DNA of 64,000 nt from Candidatus Bathyarchaeota archaeon (GTDB taxonomy: Archaea; Thermoproteota; Bathyarchaeia; 40CM-2-53-6), in assembly GCA_963733055.1 (NCBI GenBank), contig CAVTBR010000002.1, positions 96,001 through 160,000 of the forward strand, written 5' to 3'. The first letter of the stretch is position 1. Every line of letters begins with the position of its first letter. Shown in pieces: positions 10,080 through 20,419 of this stretch. The position numbers and the translations under genes are program-made. Under the pieces are notes generated by a model. That model searched no databases. It was given only the letters and a program-made list of their open reading frames with translations, and was not told the origin of the DNA.

Positions 10080-11274
10080 CAGCTACCCTTGTCCATCCCA
10101 TCTGTCGGCCGTACTTGAATGCATTTGCTTCCAATTGACGTTTAAGCACCGGATCACCCATTATCCGATCTACGCACTCAGCCAGGGAGCGCCCATCCGC
10201 AAATTTGCAAAGTAGGCCTCTGTTACCTGACAATACTTCCTTTGAGAAAGTTGATGGTGTTGAGACCACCGCCTTTCCGTGGCTAAGGGCTAGGGTCAAT
10301 GTTCCGCTCGAAACCTGATCCCTCCCGAGATAGGGCGCTACGTATACGTCCACAGCTTGGAGGTATCTTGACAGCCTGTCTTCAGGTAGAAAGTTGTCTA
10401 TGAATCTTACGTGGTTTTCGACTCCCAGCCGCTTGGTAAGCGCGACGAGCTTATCGCGGTAGGCCTCCCCTTCGTGCTTACGGACTTCCGGGTGGGTTTC
10501 TCCTATTACCAAATAGAGAAGATCCGGCCGTTCTTTGATGAGCCGAGGTATCGCTCTTATTGCGTACTCGATTCCTTTTCCTTCACTGATTAGGCCCAGA
10601 GTAGCGAGAACGAAATGTTTCTGTAACCCTAATTCGCGCTTTGCGTACTGGTCCCGCGGGCGTTCCGGTAGTGCCGCTCCGTGTCCGACCACTCTAATTC
10701 GATTGGGTGAAAGTCCCGTCTGATCCTCGAGAAGTTTTGCGGCGGATTCTATAGTCACCACAACTGCCTCACTCATCTCCGCGAGCTCAGTCAAAACCCG
10801 GCGTGCCTTCTCTGGCGGCTTGGCCATGACCGTGTGAAGAGTTGTTACGATCGGTTTCTCAAGATTCGAATAGAGATCTAGAACATACTCTCCCCATTCG
10901 CCGCCGAATATTCCATACTCATGCTGTATACTGACAACAGAGACATTGGACTTGTTGAGAAATTCCGCCGCAGCTAGGTAGCTATCGCGATCGTGTTGAT
11001 CTATTGTGCTTCTCACGTTCTTGTCGAGGTAACGGTTTCCCCCTTCCTCGTTAATGGCGACAATTATATTCTCGCGGGCGTGGCCCGCCATCAGTAATGC
11101 TAGTGAGAGGTTTCGTGTGTAACTCGCTATGCCACATTCTCTGGGTGGGTATGTGCTGACAAAACCTACGCGCAGTTGAGTATCTAATCTACTCCCCTCT
11201 TGCAATTGTATCCCAAAGTGTCGCTCAGTTTCGGGCCCCGATGGAACGGGCTCTACGCAAAACACACACGACAA
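10006..11274 (-). CDS. GT4-family glycosyltransferase
   Basis: STYPPRECGIA, QHEYGIFGG, KGIEYAI, GETHP and SGTL..A...GKAVVSTP motifs; exact start uncertain. Confidence 0.88.
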   Translation of the reverse strand: MSCVFCVEPVPSGPETERHFGIQLQEGSRLDTQLRVGFVSTYPPRECGIASYTRNLSLALLMAGHARENIIVAINEEGGNRYLDKNVRSTIDQHDRDSYLAAAEFLNKSNVSVVSIQHEYGIFGGEWGEYVLDLYSNLEKPIVTTLHTVMAKPPEKARRVLTELAEMSEAVVVTIESAAKLLEDQTGLSPNRIRVVGHGAALPERPRDQYAKRELGLQKHFVLATLGLISEGKGIEYAIRAIPRLIKERPDLLYLVIGETHPEVRKHEGEAYRDKLVALTKRLGVENHVRFIDNFLPEDRLSRYLQAVDVYVAPYLGRDQVSSGTLTLALSHGKAVVSTPSTFSKEVLSGNRGLLCKFADGRSLAECVDRIMGDPVLKRQLEANAFKYGRQMGWTRVADGYAETFRLATRSAHVVRETRQLS

Positions 11275-11403
11275 CTATTACCTAGGTCATGGATGGTTAA
11301 AAAGGTAGGTGGCACAGCAACCATTGACGAAACGACTCGCCATACCTCCATCGCCGATGGAAAGCAAGAGCGACTCGTTGTGCTGAAAAACACGGTCCAT
11401 TAA

Positions 11404-12312
11404 TCATATGTGTTGAGTAGACGAAGTCACTTCGTCAATGGAAAATTCCATTTCCATTCCGTGCTGCATCGATGCAGCAACCAGAGAGTTGTATAACAGC
11501 ATTGACACCGTTAGCGGCCCGACACCACCGGGTACAGGGGTAATGAAAGACGCTACACGAATTGCACCGTCAAAGTCAACATCGCCCACTAGTTTACCGT
11601 CGACACTGCTCGTTCCGATGTCCACGACGGCCGCTCCAGGCTTTATCATTGAGGGACCGACGGTAAATTCGGAACGGCGCCCGATCGCTGTGAGAAGAAT
11701 ATCCGCCTGCCTCGCGACGTCAGCTAGGTTCTTCGTTTTCGAGTGGCAAATCGTTACGGTCGCATCCTCGTTCAATAGAAGTTGTGTCAAGGATCTCCCG
11801 ATGAGCTTAGTCCTGTTGATCACGACTGCGTGCTTTCCGGCGATTCCAACCTGATAATACTTTAGGAGGATAATTACTCCCTTTGGAGTGCACGGGACGA
11901 GTTTCGCATCTTTTTCCGACAAACGCCCAAGGTTGCAAGGATTCAACCCGTCTACGTCTTTTTCTTCGGCAATTGACGAGACCGCCGCGGCCTCATCAAG
12001 AGCATCCGGCAGCGGAAGCTGCACGAGGATCCCCGTTACTGCCTCATCTTGATTCAGATCATGAATTGCCTTCTCAAGCGCTGACTGCGATATATTCCCC
12101 TGCAATTCAATATTACGCGATTTAATCCCGGCAGCGGTACACGCTGCCTGCTTGGCCTTGAGGTACGCTTGCGAAGCCGGATCACTTCCGACGATTACCG
12201 TTACGAGACTGGGTTCAACGTCCGACTTCCTGAGCGAAACAACCGCATCCCTAACCTTCGATCTAATGGTCCGGGCCACAGGGTTGCCGTCCATTATTCT
12301 CGCGCTCACCAT
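11404..12312 (-). CDS. folD: Methylene-THF dehydrogenase/cyclohydrolase
   Basis: GILVQLPLP, KDVDGL, PCTPKG, VTICHSKT and TPVPGGVGP motifs. Confidence 0.95.
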   Translation of the reverse strand: MVSARIMDGNPVARTIRSKVRDAVVSLRKSDVEPSLVTVIVGSDPASQAYLKAKQAACTAAGIKSRNIELQGNISQSALEKAIHDLNQDEAVTGILVQLPLPDALDEAAAVSSIAEEKDVDGLNPCNLGRLSEKDAKLVPCTPKGVIILLKYYQVGIAGKHAVVINRTKLIGRSLTQLLLNEDATVTICHSKTKNLADVARQADILLTAIGRRSEFTVGPSMIKPGAAVVDIGTSSVDGKLVGDVDFDGAIRVASFITPVPGGVGPLTVSMLLYNSLVAASMQHGMEMEFSIDEVTSSTQHI

Positions 12313-12425
12313 GCTTCCCTCTACGATTGGAGTATGAATGTCACGCCTTATTGAAGAGTCGATTCCATTCGGGAATTGACCGAAACAAAATTAGCCTTGG
12401 CGCTCATCGTCGCAAGTGACCATTT

Positions 12426-13964
12426 TTGAAACTCATAGAGTGCGTCCCCAATTTTAGCGAAGGAAGGAGGAAAGAAGTGATAGATGCCATTACCAACGAA
12501 GCGCGAGCTAGGAACGTTAAGGTTCTCGATATCGAATCCGACGCCAACCACAATCGATCCGTTCTAACGTTCGTCGGAGACCCCGACGGCGTAAAGGACG
12601 CCGCTTTAGCGGTAAGTGCGAAAGCGATCGAACTCATCGACCTAAACAAGCACAGTGGCGAACATCCTAGGATGGGAGCCGTCGACGTCATCCCCTTCAT
12701 CCCAATATCCGACATCACAATGGAAGAATGTATCCAGCTAGCACGAGATTTTGCAAAGGAATTCGCTACTCGATTCAAAGTCCCCGTCTACCTATACGAG
12801 GCAGCGGCGACGCGGCGCGAAAGGAAGAACCTGGCCGACGTCAGAAAAGGCGAATTCGAGGGATTGCGAGAGCAAATTGGCAAAAACCCCGATAAAACAC
12901 CGGACTTTGGACCTAACGCAATTCACCCAACCGCAGGAGCTACAGCAATTGGCGCGAGACAGATCCTCATCGCGTACAACGTGAACTTAGCCACAACCGA
13001 CCTTGACGTGGCGAAGAAAATCGCTAAGCATGTAAGGGGAAAGGACGGAGGACTCTCAGCAGTAAAGGCGTTAGGCTTCGAATTGAAGGACCGCGGCATC
13101 GTCCAGGTTTCAATGAACATGGTTGACTACAAGGCCAGCCAGCTCTTCAAAGCCTTCGAGCTAATCCGGACACTCGCCGAGGAACAAGGCGTACAGATTG
13201 TCGAAAGCGAAGTCGTTGGCCTCGTTCCCCAAGAAGCCCTAATCGACAGCGCTGAGTTCTACCTCAGGCTCCACGGTTTCAAGAAGGACCAAATTCTAGA
13301 ACGCAAGCTCGCCGATTCAGGATCCGGGCAACTCGTGTCAATGAGCCTAGCCGCTTTCAGCTCGGAAGTTGCCTCCGAAAAACCCGTCCCAGGGGGAGGG
13401 AGCACATCTGCCTACGCCGTTACTTTGGCTGCAAGCCTAGTGAGCATGGTCTGCAGGCTTACCCTGAAGAGAACTGAATATGAACAATACTGGGGGGCCG
13501 TAAAGGAAATTCTTGCAGAGAGCGAAAAGCTTCGGATACAATCCCTCACATTTGTGGACAGCGACGCACAAAGCTTCGCTTCTCTAATGAAGGTGTATCA
13601 TCTGCCGAAAGAAACCGACGCCGATAAACAGGCAAGATCCAAGGCAATACAGCTTGGGCTCAAAGACGCCGCTCAGGTGCCACTTCAAACGGCAGTGTTT
13701 GCCGCACAAACCGTCCACGCCGCAAAGAGACTTGCTGAGTTTGCGAACACCAATGCGCTCTCGGACATTAGAACCGCCATCTTCCTAGCCAAAGCCGGAC
13801 TGCAGGGCGCTGGCGCTAACGTCTTAACGAATCTTAGCGGAATCAAGGAAGCGGACTACCGTAAAGAAATGGAGCAGAAGCTCAACGCCTTGGAGAATCA
13901 AATTGAGAAGGACGCGTCTGAGACACTAAGGATCCTTACTACGCGGTGCAAAGATGGCGGTTAG
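12426..13964 (+). CDS. ftcd: Bifunctional glutamate formiminotransferase / formiminotetrahydrofolate cyclodeaminase
   Basis: ECVPNFSEGR, HNRSV and HPRMGAVDVIPF, plus C-terminal cyclodeaminase PGGGS motif. Confidence 0.93.
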   Translation: MKLIECVPNFSEGRRKEVIDAITNEARARNVKVLDIESDANHNRSVLTFVGDPDGVKDAALAVSAKAIELIDLNKHSGEHPRMGAVDVIPFIPISDITMEECIQLARDFAKEFATRFKVPVYLYEAAATRRERKNLADVRKGEFEGLREQIGKNPDKTPDFGPNAIHPTAGATAIGARQILIAYNVNLATTDLDVAKKIAKHVRGKDGGLSAVKALGFELKDRGIVQVSMNMVDYKASQLFKAFELIRTLAEEQGVQIVESEVVGLVPQEALIDSAEFYLRLHGFKKDQILERKLADSGSGQLVSMSLAAFSSEVASEKPVPGGGSTSAYAVTLAASLVSMVCRLTLKRTEYEQYWGAVKEILAESEKLRIQSLTFVDSDAQSFASLMKVYHLPKETDADKQARSKAIQLGLKDAAQVPLQTAVFAAQTVHAAKRLAEFANTNALSDIRTAIFLAKAGLQGAGANVLTNLSGIKEADYRKEMEQKLNALENQIEKDASETLRILTTRCKDGG

Positions 13965-13980
13965 CTGTCGTCTGACGAAT

Positions 13981-14559
13981 TCATCTCGTTCCGGTTTTCT
14001 CATACATTCTTCGAAACGTCCATCTGATCGCGTTCTTCAGTTCTAGCAGCCTCCGGTCGTCACCATAGTTCTGTACATGAATCGACTTGAGGCGGCCTTC
14101 CTCTTGCTCAACGTCGTAGGTCAGCATGTTGTCTGGTTGTAAAGCTCCCGCAGTCGCGGCCTCCCTGTCCTTACTCTGCATGGGTTCCAAGACTTTCGCT
14201 AAGAGAAACGAACGAAGAGGTGGTGAATTCGGATCTAGGTTGACGCCAGGATCGGGTAGAACACGGAGATCATGAGCCTCGATGGCTATCGAAGCAATCC
14301 GCACACCGTCCGTAGTCATGATTGGCACATTGTCGGATGGGACTTTCTCCAACGCTTCAGGTTTAGGTTTACTTGGCAGCGCGGTAGTGGCCGATCCGAT
14401 GTCAACCGGCCGGAAGCTCCTCTCGGCAAGAAGTGTATCGACAACTCCGAGAAATGATCTCAGGTACGCTACTTCTTCCTCTTGCTGCTTCAAGCGACGC
14501 TCCAGAAACGTCTTCATCTCAGCCAATTTCTTTGTTAGTTGGGGATCTGGTGCGCCCAA
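13981..14559 (-). CDS. Hypothetical protein with N-terminal coiled coil
   Basis: 192-aa ORF, heptad-like N-terminus, co-oriented downstream of herA. Confidence 0.7.
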   Translation of the reverse strand: MGAPDPQLTKKLAEMKTFLERRLKQQEEEVAYLRSFLGVVDTLLAERSFRPVDIGSATTALPSKPKPEALEKVPSDNVPIMTTDGVRIASIAIEAHDLRVLPDPGVNLDPNSPPLRSFLLAKVLEPMQSKDREAATAGALQPDNMLTYDVEQEEGRLKSIHVQNYGDDRRLLELKNAIRWTFRRMYEKTGTR

Positions 14560-14645
14560 GGAACTTCACATTGTATGGGCAGAGCTTGACGGCATTAAAT
14601 AGTTCGTCGATCGGCGCAACTTGCTATGGCAGTCATGCAATGCAG

Positions 14646-16533
14646 CTACCTGGTTATGGTTTTGGGTTCGGCGAGAACCCTCTTCAATTCTTTTTCTGAG
14701 TTGTCCGCGGTTATGAATATGGGAACGTTCTCCATACCCGTCGCGATGTAACTCGATAGCAGCCATTGGCCTGGGGCGAATTCTAGGGTTTTCTCAAGAA
14801 TTCCTTGGTCGATTGTGAACGTGCTGCTCACGAGGCTGCGATCGTATGGTCGGGGTAGGGGGCCTACGAAGTAGGTGTGTAGTTGTTGCAGTGCGTTTGT
14901 GTTGAGGTAAGCGATTCTCTGCGTCGCCACGCAACCCCCAAGTCCGTACTTCCTTCCTTGCCGGAGCAAGGTTTCGATTCGATATGTGCAGGTGAGGTCT
15001 ATTCCTCTTGCTTTGTCGTAGGCGGGGATGAATTCTTGGGCCTCGTCGAAGACGAAAAGGATCTGTGGTTCGACTTGGAATTCTCGTTTCCTTCGTCTGA
15101 GCATCTCGGAGGTTAGGTCTATGGCGAGTTTCTTGATGATACTTGGTTCTGCAACGGATAGGCAAAGCAGCCGTGTATCGCCCTCCAAGAGCCCGAGTAA
15201 TTTCTCTGTCGTGTACTGCGCTCTTGTCGACGGTCTTCGTCGCTCGACTGAGCGATGACTTGAGTTCAGATCGTGTACCCGCCCAAGCAGCGAGCGAGCC
15301 GCTCTTCCAAACCTTGAATTTCTCAACAGCGGTTGTAGCAACCGCCTGTAGGTAATCGAGAAATTCCGGTGTTACAACGCCAAACCGATCTGCCCTGTTA
15401 TCCCTTAACCAATCATGGACTTTGTCTTCAATTGCATGTATGGCGTCGAGGTTTACCTGTTTGTCACCTTCTCCTTTCTCGAGAAGCCTGATTTGTTCGA
15501 GGATATTCTCGAATGTGGGCGGGGGCCTTCCTGCCTCTGCATAGTGTCCCAACTTTCCTTGGGAGAAGATATTCTCAAGGTTCTGGGTTAGGTCGTATCT
15601 TTCGAAACCCCTTGGGGTTACTATGACTTTCCGGAGGTGGTCGGCGTCCGCGACTGGCACCTCGGTGATAATCTTGCTCTCAATTGTCTTATCCACGAAT
15701 ATGTCTTGTAGAAGGAACGGGTACTCCATCGAAATGTCAAAGATTACGGTCTTTGTATTTTTGGAATGATAGATTATTCGTCGAAGGATGTTGGATAGCA
15801 GGTTGCTTTTGCCGCCGCCGGTGAAGGAGAATACGCCAAAGTGGTAGCGTACGAGTCGCTCGAAGCTAACGTAGATCGGAACTGCTCCATCTTCTTCCTG
15901 AAACATTTTGATGGTACCCACGCGTGGGTCTTTTCTGGCCTCGTAGGTTGTGGCTATCTTATCATTCCACACTAGCCCCAGTTCATCCAGGAGCTTTCGG
16001 TTGTACATTCGGTGGATTGTGGATTTGTTTAGGATGAAAGCGCGTTCCCCTACTACAGGATAGGTGAAGCCTTTGACGTACTTTTGCTCAGACCCTTCTA
16101 AAATCAGATCGTAGTTAAGTGGTATTGCGCTTAGCTGGATTATCATTGTTGCCTTATCGTCTGTGTCCCAATCCGCAACGCTCTGTTCAATTATCTCAAA
16201 TTGATAGGGATAGTAGCTTTGATCTGAAAGACCTCGGAGGCCGAAATGTTCCGGCCCAATTCGCGAGACTTCAAGAAGAGTGAACCTCTTTCCACCGTAT
16301 TTCTTGGCCTTGAAGTTACGTACCGCTAGAAGCATTCCCTCTTCAAGCATGCCCATGAGGTCTTTCTGGTATTGGGCTTTGACGCGGCATTCATATTTGG
16401 CAGAAAAGCCGGTGGTCTCAGCTGAGACATCTGCTCGCCTGACGGCGTAGACGGCAGCAAGTCTTCCTTCGAATCGGCCATCGAAGTCGGTGAACTGTGC
16501 GTTAAGTTCGGTTTCTAGCATTTTCCACTTCAC
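14646..16533 (-). CDS. HerA/FtsK-family ATPase with N-terminal HAS-barrel-like region (frameshift near 15220)
   Basis: Walker A HFGVFSFTGGGKS in ORF 14794-16533; Walker B ILFVFDEAQEF and RQGRKYGLG...ATQR in ORF 14646-15341. Confidence 0.85.
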
Positions 16534-18397
16534 TCCTTCTTGATCGGAACGTGTTCATGTAGAATGAGTATTTCCTCAGTTTCGGATGCGAGACGAGCCA
16601 ATGCCCCATTCCTTTGATCATTTGGGATGCGTTGCTTCGCTGGGCTTTGGCGATCTTGTCCGCGATGTATAGGGGTTCATTGTGCCCGAAGATTTCGGGA
16701 ATACTATCATGAGTCATGGCTTTCAGCGTAATCATCACGAGTTCTTGAACATGATTCTCGGAGTTGGCTCCTTGCCATAGAACCGGTTCTACATCCTCCA
16801 CGGCCCCTCCATACTCGTGCTTCAAGTCGAGAGTTGGCGCGTTCTCCGATGGTAGGTAGAGTCGATCAATGAACAGTACGTTGCTTCTGAACTGGTCATC
16901 GGACTTGGCCTTGTCCAGTTGAATATACGATTTGACGAAGAGCTGTTCCTGAATTATTCGATTCTTTACGGCACCCGATATGTCACCTTTCACATCGCTG
17001 AACCGTCCAATGATGGTTTGGAATGACGTGTCATATTCGACCGTAGCCCAGGGAACTGGGACCTGGTCATGGTGGAACATGCTCATTGCTTGGAGTAGCA
17101 TACGATCCGTAGTCGCTACGTGTTCGGAATTTCCCGCCCAAATGTGGCGTTCGACACACAACGGGACGAGATGCGTAATCATGTCCCGTGCCGTTGTGTC
17201 TTTGGTTATTCCTATGAGCAGAACCTTGTTGACTCGACAGGTTTCAACAAGCATGTTCAAGGCAAACAGGCAGAGGAAAGCCAAGTCGAGGGTGGTTAAC
17301 CATCTTGATTCTCCGCCATCGGTGATCTGAAGTGGGTTTCCTAGGTCGCTCGCGAAAAAGCGCTGACCGACGTATTCCACCATCTTTTGAGTTCGATCCC
17401 ATGCCGTGAATAGGTTCGGCATAAGCGAGAATTTGCCGTTGGACTCGAGGAAGTACTTCCCTTCCTTAGCAGCCCTCGTCAAATACCTATTCAGCTTTTC
17501 AACTCTCAATGGATCCGACTTAATGTTCAATCGGCCTGCGAGCTCGTCCGCGGTGGAGGCCGTTTGTAGTTGTTCCATTAGAAACATTGCTGCGTGACGG
17601 AGGTAGTCGCCTCGCGGAGGCAGTAATCCGTTAATGTCTCGGGTGCGGTATCTGCTGAACGCGAGATCTTGCTCATCAAGCCTCAAGCCATCGCTAGTAA
17701 TACGGAGGGTGGCGCATTCACGTTTCCAGAGTGCTCGTTTAGAGGTGTCATGTAACAGACTGGACTGGGTGCCGGAAAGTGAGCGGTCCAGCAAGATGAT
17801 TTGGAACTCTTTGGTTTTTGCCATCGTGTAGGCCAGGTAAAGCTCCGAAAACAACATGATCCAGTTGGCGATGGTTGAGTTGTCTACCGTGGATTGATCA
17901 GTAAGTGGACCTGAAATCGTCTCGCCCCCGGATTGGTTGAACGTGCTTTGAGGCTCAACTTCAGGAATGGAATCAATGTAAATTGGGATGCAGCTCGCAA
18001 GCCCATGCCCTTTCTCAACAAAATGTGCGTCGTATGTCACGGCAGGCCTTTCGTTCTTCATGTAGGTGATCGACCCAGTTGCCGCATATGCTCCTGCCCA
18101 AAACACGGCTAGCCCACCCAATAGATTCTGATCCATCGAACCGTCAATCGCGGCAAACCTAGCGGAGGGTTTCTTGAATAACTCTTGAGCGGTTCCGTAC
18201 GACCGGTCGTACCTGAAGTCTGAAACTAACAATTTGCTGATCAGGGGCCAGTAAGTGGTGCTTGCGCCCTCGAGTCGCAACCCGCTTTCGCCAACCTGAC
18301 CCTCGGCACCCTCCTTCAGAATTCTCCCTAGCCTCTTGACATTCATGCTTAGTATCGAAGACATACGGATCAGAACACCCGAATAGATAACCCTCAT
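16502..18397 (-). CDS. NurA-family nuclease, enlarged, with internal helical/wHTH-like insertion
   Basis: FAAIDGS, ILLDRSL, IGITKD and GHNEPLYIADKIAK match the NurA motif order; overlaps herA start. Confidence 0.78.
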   Translation of the reverse strand: MRVIYSGVLIRMSSILSMNVKRLGRILKEGAEGQVGESGLRLEGASTTYWPLISKLLVSDFRYDRSYGTAQELFKKPSARFAAIDGSMDQNLLGGLAVFWAGAYAATGSITYMKNERPAVTYDAHFVEKGHGLASCIPIYIDSIPEVEPQSTFNQSGGETISGPLTDQSTVDNSTIANWIMLFSELYLAYTMAKTKEFQIILLDRSLSGTQSSLLHDTSKRALWKRECATLRITSDGLRLDEQDLAFSRYRTRDINGLLPPRGDYLRHAAMFLMEQLQTASTADELAGRLNIKSDPLRVEKLNRYLTRAAKEGKYFLESNGKFSLMPNLFTAWDRTQKMVEYVGQRFFASDLGNPLQITDGGESRWLTTLDLAFLCLFALNMLVETCRVNKVLLIGITKDTTARDMITHLVPLCVERHIWAGNSEHVATTDRMLLQAMSMFHHDQVPVPWATVEYDTSFQTIIGRFSDVKGDISGAVKNRIIQEQLFVKSYIQLDKAKSDDQFRSNVLFIDRLYLPSENAPTLDLKHEYGGAVEDVEPVLWQGANSENHVQELVMITLKAMTHDSIPEIFGHNEPLYIADKIAKAQRSNASQMIKGMGHWLVSHPKLRKYSFYMNTFRSRRSEVENARNRT

Positions 18398-18485
18398 TTA
18401 CATAAATGCTGAAGTGTGATCGAGCACAAGAGACGGTGTACTATCTCACGGATAGTCTACAGCGGTTTCTGTCCACCGAATCTCA

Positions 18486-18860
18486 TTACTTGATTATGTC
18501 GACCACGCAGAAGAGATTTCCATCCGGATCCTCAAGAACAATAAAGTCCTCATCCGGTTCGTATTCTTGAGGATGACGTGTGGCTCCTAACTTGAGCAAC
18601 CGTTCAACTTCATGCTTCTGGTCCGCTGTGTAGAGATCGAAGTGAAGCCAGTTTCTGCCGGTGAGCTTCTCTGAAGGCTGAGCCTGATTCAAAGACACGT
18701 TCGTGTTTCTTCCTGCAGGGTCTCGCAGAATCACCCAGCCCCCTTTAGCAGGCCGCGTAGTAATGTAGTGGAGCGCCTCTTGCCAAAACGCAAACATCTT
18801 GTCGAAGTTAATGCAATCAATCACTACAGAGCCAATCCTCAATTCAGATTCCTGTTGCAA
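18486..18860 (-). CDS. VOC/glyoxalase-family protein
   Basis: IGSVVIDC, FWQEAL, NWLHFDL and LEDPDGNLFCV motifs. Confidence 0.88.
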   Translation of the reverse strand: MQQESELRIGSVVIDCINFDKMFAFWQEALHYITTRPAKGGWVILRDPAGRNTNVSLNQAQPSEKLTGRNWLHFDLYTADQKHEVERLLKLGATRHPQEYEPDEDFIVLEDPDGNLFCVVDIIK

Positions 18861-19085
18861 TTCAGATCGCGCGTTTTGGAGGTTAACTTGAATTTACGGG
18901 TTTGTGAATCAGCCTTGTTTCGGAGTCCTCGATTGTCGGTTTTCTGAAGTCAACTTAAATACGGATTCGCGACTTGCTTTGTTAAGGTGCCCGTACCATG
19001 GGTGACCGATTTAATTCCCGAACCTAGACTGTTTAACATCAACCCTCGTATGTATCAGGCACCAAGGATTTTTCGAGGTTGACTG

Positions 19086-20393
19086 TTGTTGGATAGTGTT
19101 CAGACTATTGGAGAAATCTTTGAGGGCAAGTTCGACGGCAGCCACGTTGTATTGAGAGGGTGGCTGCACCATATCCGTAGCAGCGGAGGAATACTGTTCC
19201 TACAACTCCGCGATGGTTCAGGCGTTATCCAATGTACACTCAAGAAGGACAAGATTGACCCGGAAACCTTCGAAAAACTCAGCGCCACACCAATCGAGAG
19301 CACCATTGAAGTTACGGGTGAAGTCAAGAAGGACCCAAGGGCACCACGAGGATATGAAATCCAAGCACAGAGAGTGAGTGTCCTCTTCCCCGCGGAGGAT
19401 GGCTATCCTATCGCGAAAAAATACCACGGGCCGGACTTCCTGCTCGATTATCGACATTTGTGGATCCGTAACGAGAAGATGCAAGCGACCATACGTTTGA
19501 GAAGCCAATTGATTGAGGAAGCAAGAAGATGGTTGATGGGTCACGGCTACCTCGAAGTTCAGGTGCCCATACTCGTAAATGCCGCTGTAGAAGGTGGCTC
19601 AACTCTCTTCCCTGTCAAATACTTCGATCAGAAGGCCTACCTTTCGCAAAGCTGGCAGCTTTACGCAGAAGCCATGATCGCTAGCGTCGGCAAGATCTTC
19701 ACTTTCGCACCTTCCTTCAGAGCTGAAAAGTCCAGGACCAGGAGGCATCTGACAGAATATTGGCATTTGGAAGTTGAAGCGCCCTGGCTTGAACTTGACG
19801 GGTTAATGCAACTCGAGGAGGAACTGGTCGCTCACATGTGCCAGCAGATCGCGCAGAGAATGCCGGAGGAACTGAAGCTCCTAGGCCGCGACCCAAGCAA
19901 ACTTGCGAAAATCCAGTCGCCCTTCCCAAGGATCACTTACGACCAAGCAGTTGAGAAGATCCAAAAATCGATGCCCGCTCTCGAGTGGGGCAAGGACCTC
20001 GGCTACGAGGAAGAAAAAATTCTCACCCAAGGCTTTGAATCGCCGTTTTTTGTCACCCGGTTTCCGAAGGGAATTAAGGCGTTCTACCACATGCCCGACC
20101 CACAAAACCCGAAGGTCACCCTCTCAGTAGACCTGCTCGCTCCGGAAGGGTACGGCGAGATTACCGGAGGCGGCCAACGCATTCACGTCCTCGAACAGCT
20201 TTTAGCTAGAATAAAGGAGGAACAATTGAATCCTGACGATTACAAATGGTACACAGAACTTCGCCGTTACGGAACTGTGCCGCACGCCGGATTTGGGATG
20301 GGAGTTGAGAGAATCATAGCTTGGGTCTGTGGCCTTGAACACATCCGAGACGCAATAGCGTTTCCACGATTAATCAACCGCATCTATCCCTAG
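19086..20393 (+). CDS. asnS: Asparagine--tRNA ligase
   Basis: OB-fold GW...R.SG...FLQLRDGS; YLSQSWQLY; FRAEKSRTRRHLTEYW; GEITGGGQR; PHAGFGMG.ER. Confidence 0.9.
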   Translation: MLDSVQTIGEIFEGKFDGSHVVLRGWLHHIRSSGGILFLQLRDGSGVIQCTLKKDKIDPETFEKLSATPIESTIEVTGEVKKDPRAPRGYEIQAQRVSVLFPAEDGYPIAKKYHGPDFLLDYRHLWIRNEKMQATIRLRSQLIEEARRWLMGHGYLEVQVPILVNAAVEGGSTLFPVKYFDQKAYLSQSWQLYAEAMIASVGKIFTFAPSFRAEKSRTRRHLTEYWHLEVEAPWLELDGLMQLEEELVAHMCQQIAQRMPEELKLLGRDPSKLAKIQSPFPRITYDQAVEKIQKSMPALEWGKDLGYEEEKILTQGFESPFFVTRFPKGIKAFYHMPDPQNPKVTLSVDLLAPEGYGEITGGGQRIHVLEQLLARIKEEQLNPDDYKWYTELRRYGTVPHAGFGMGVERIIAWVCGLEHIRDAIAFPRLINRIYP

Positions 20394-20419
20394 ATTGACG
20401 CTGAAGCTGCTGCCACAAG

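Noticed and set aside
15200-15240. Programmed frameshift in herA (likewise purA, gatD, gatE, nucS)
   Set aside because: No common slippery motif is evident and indels are spread across the window, so assembly error is more parsimonious.
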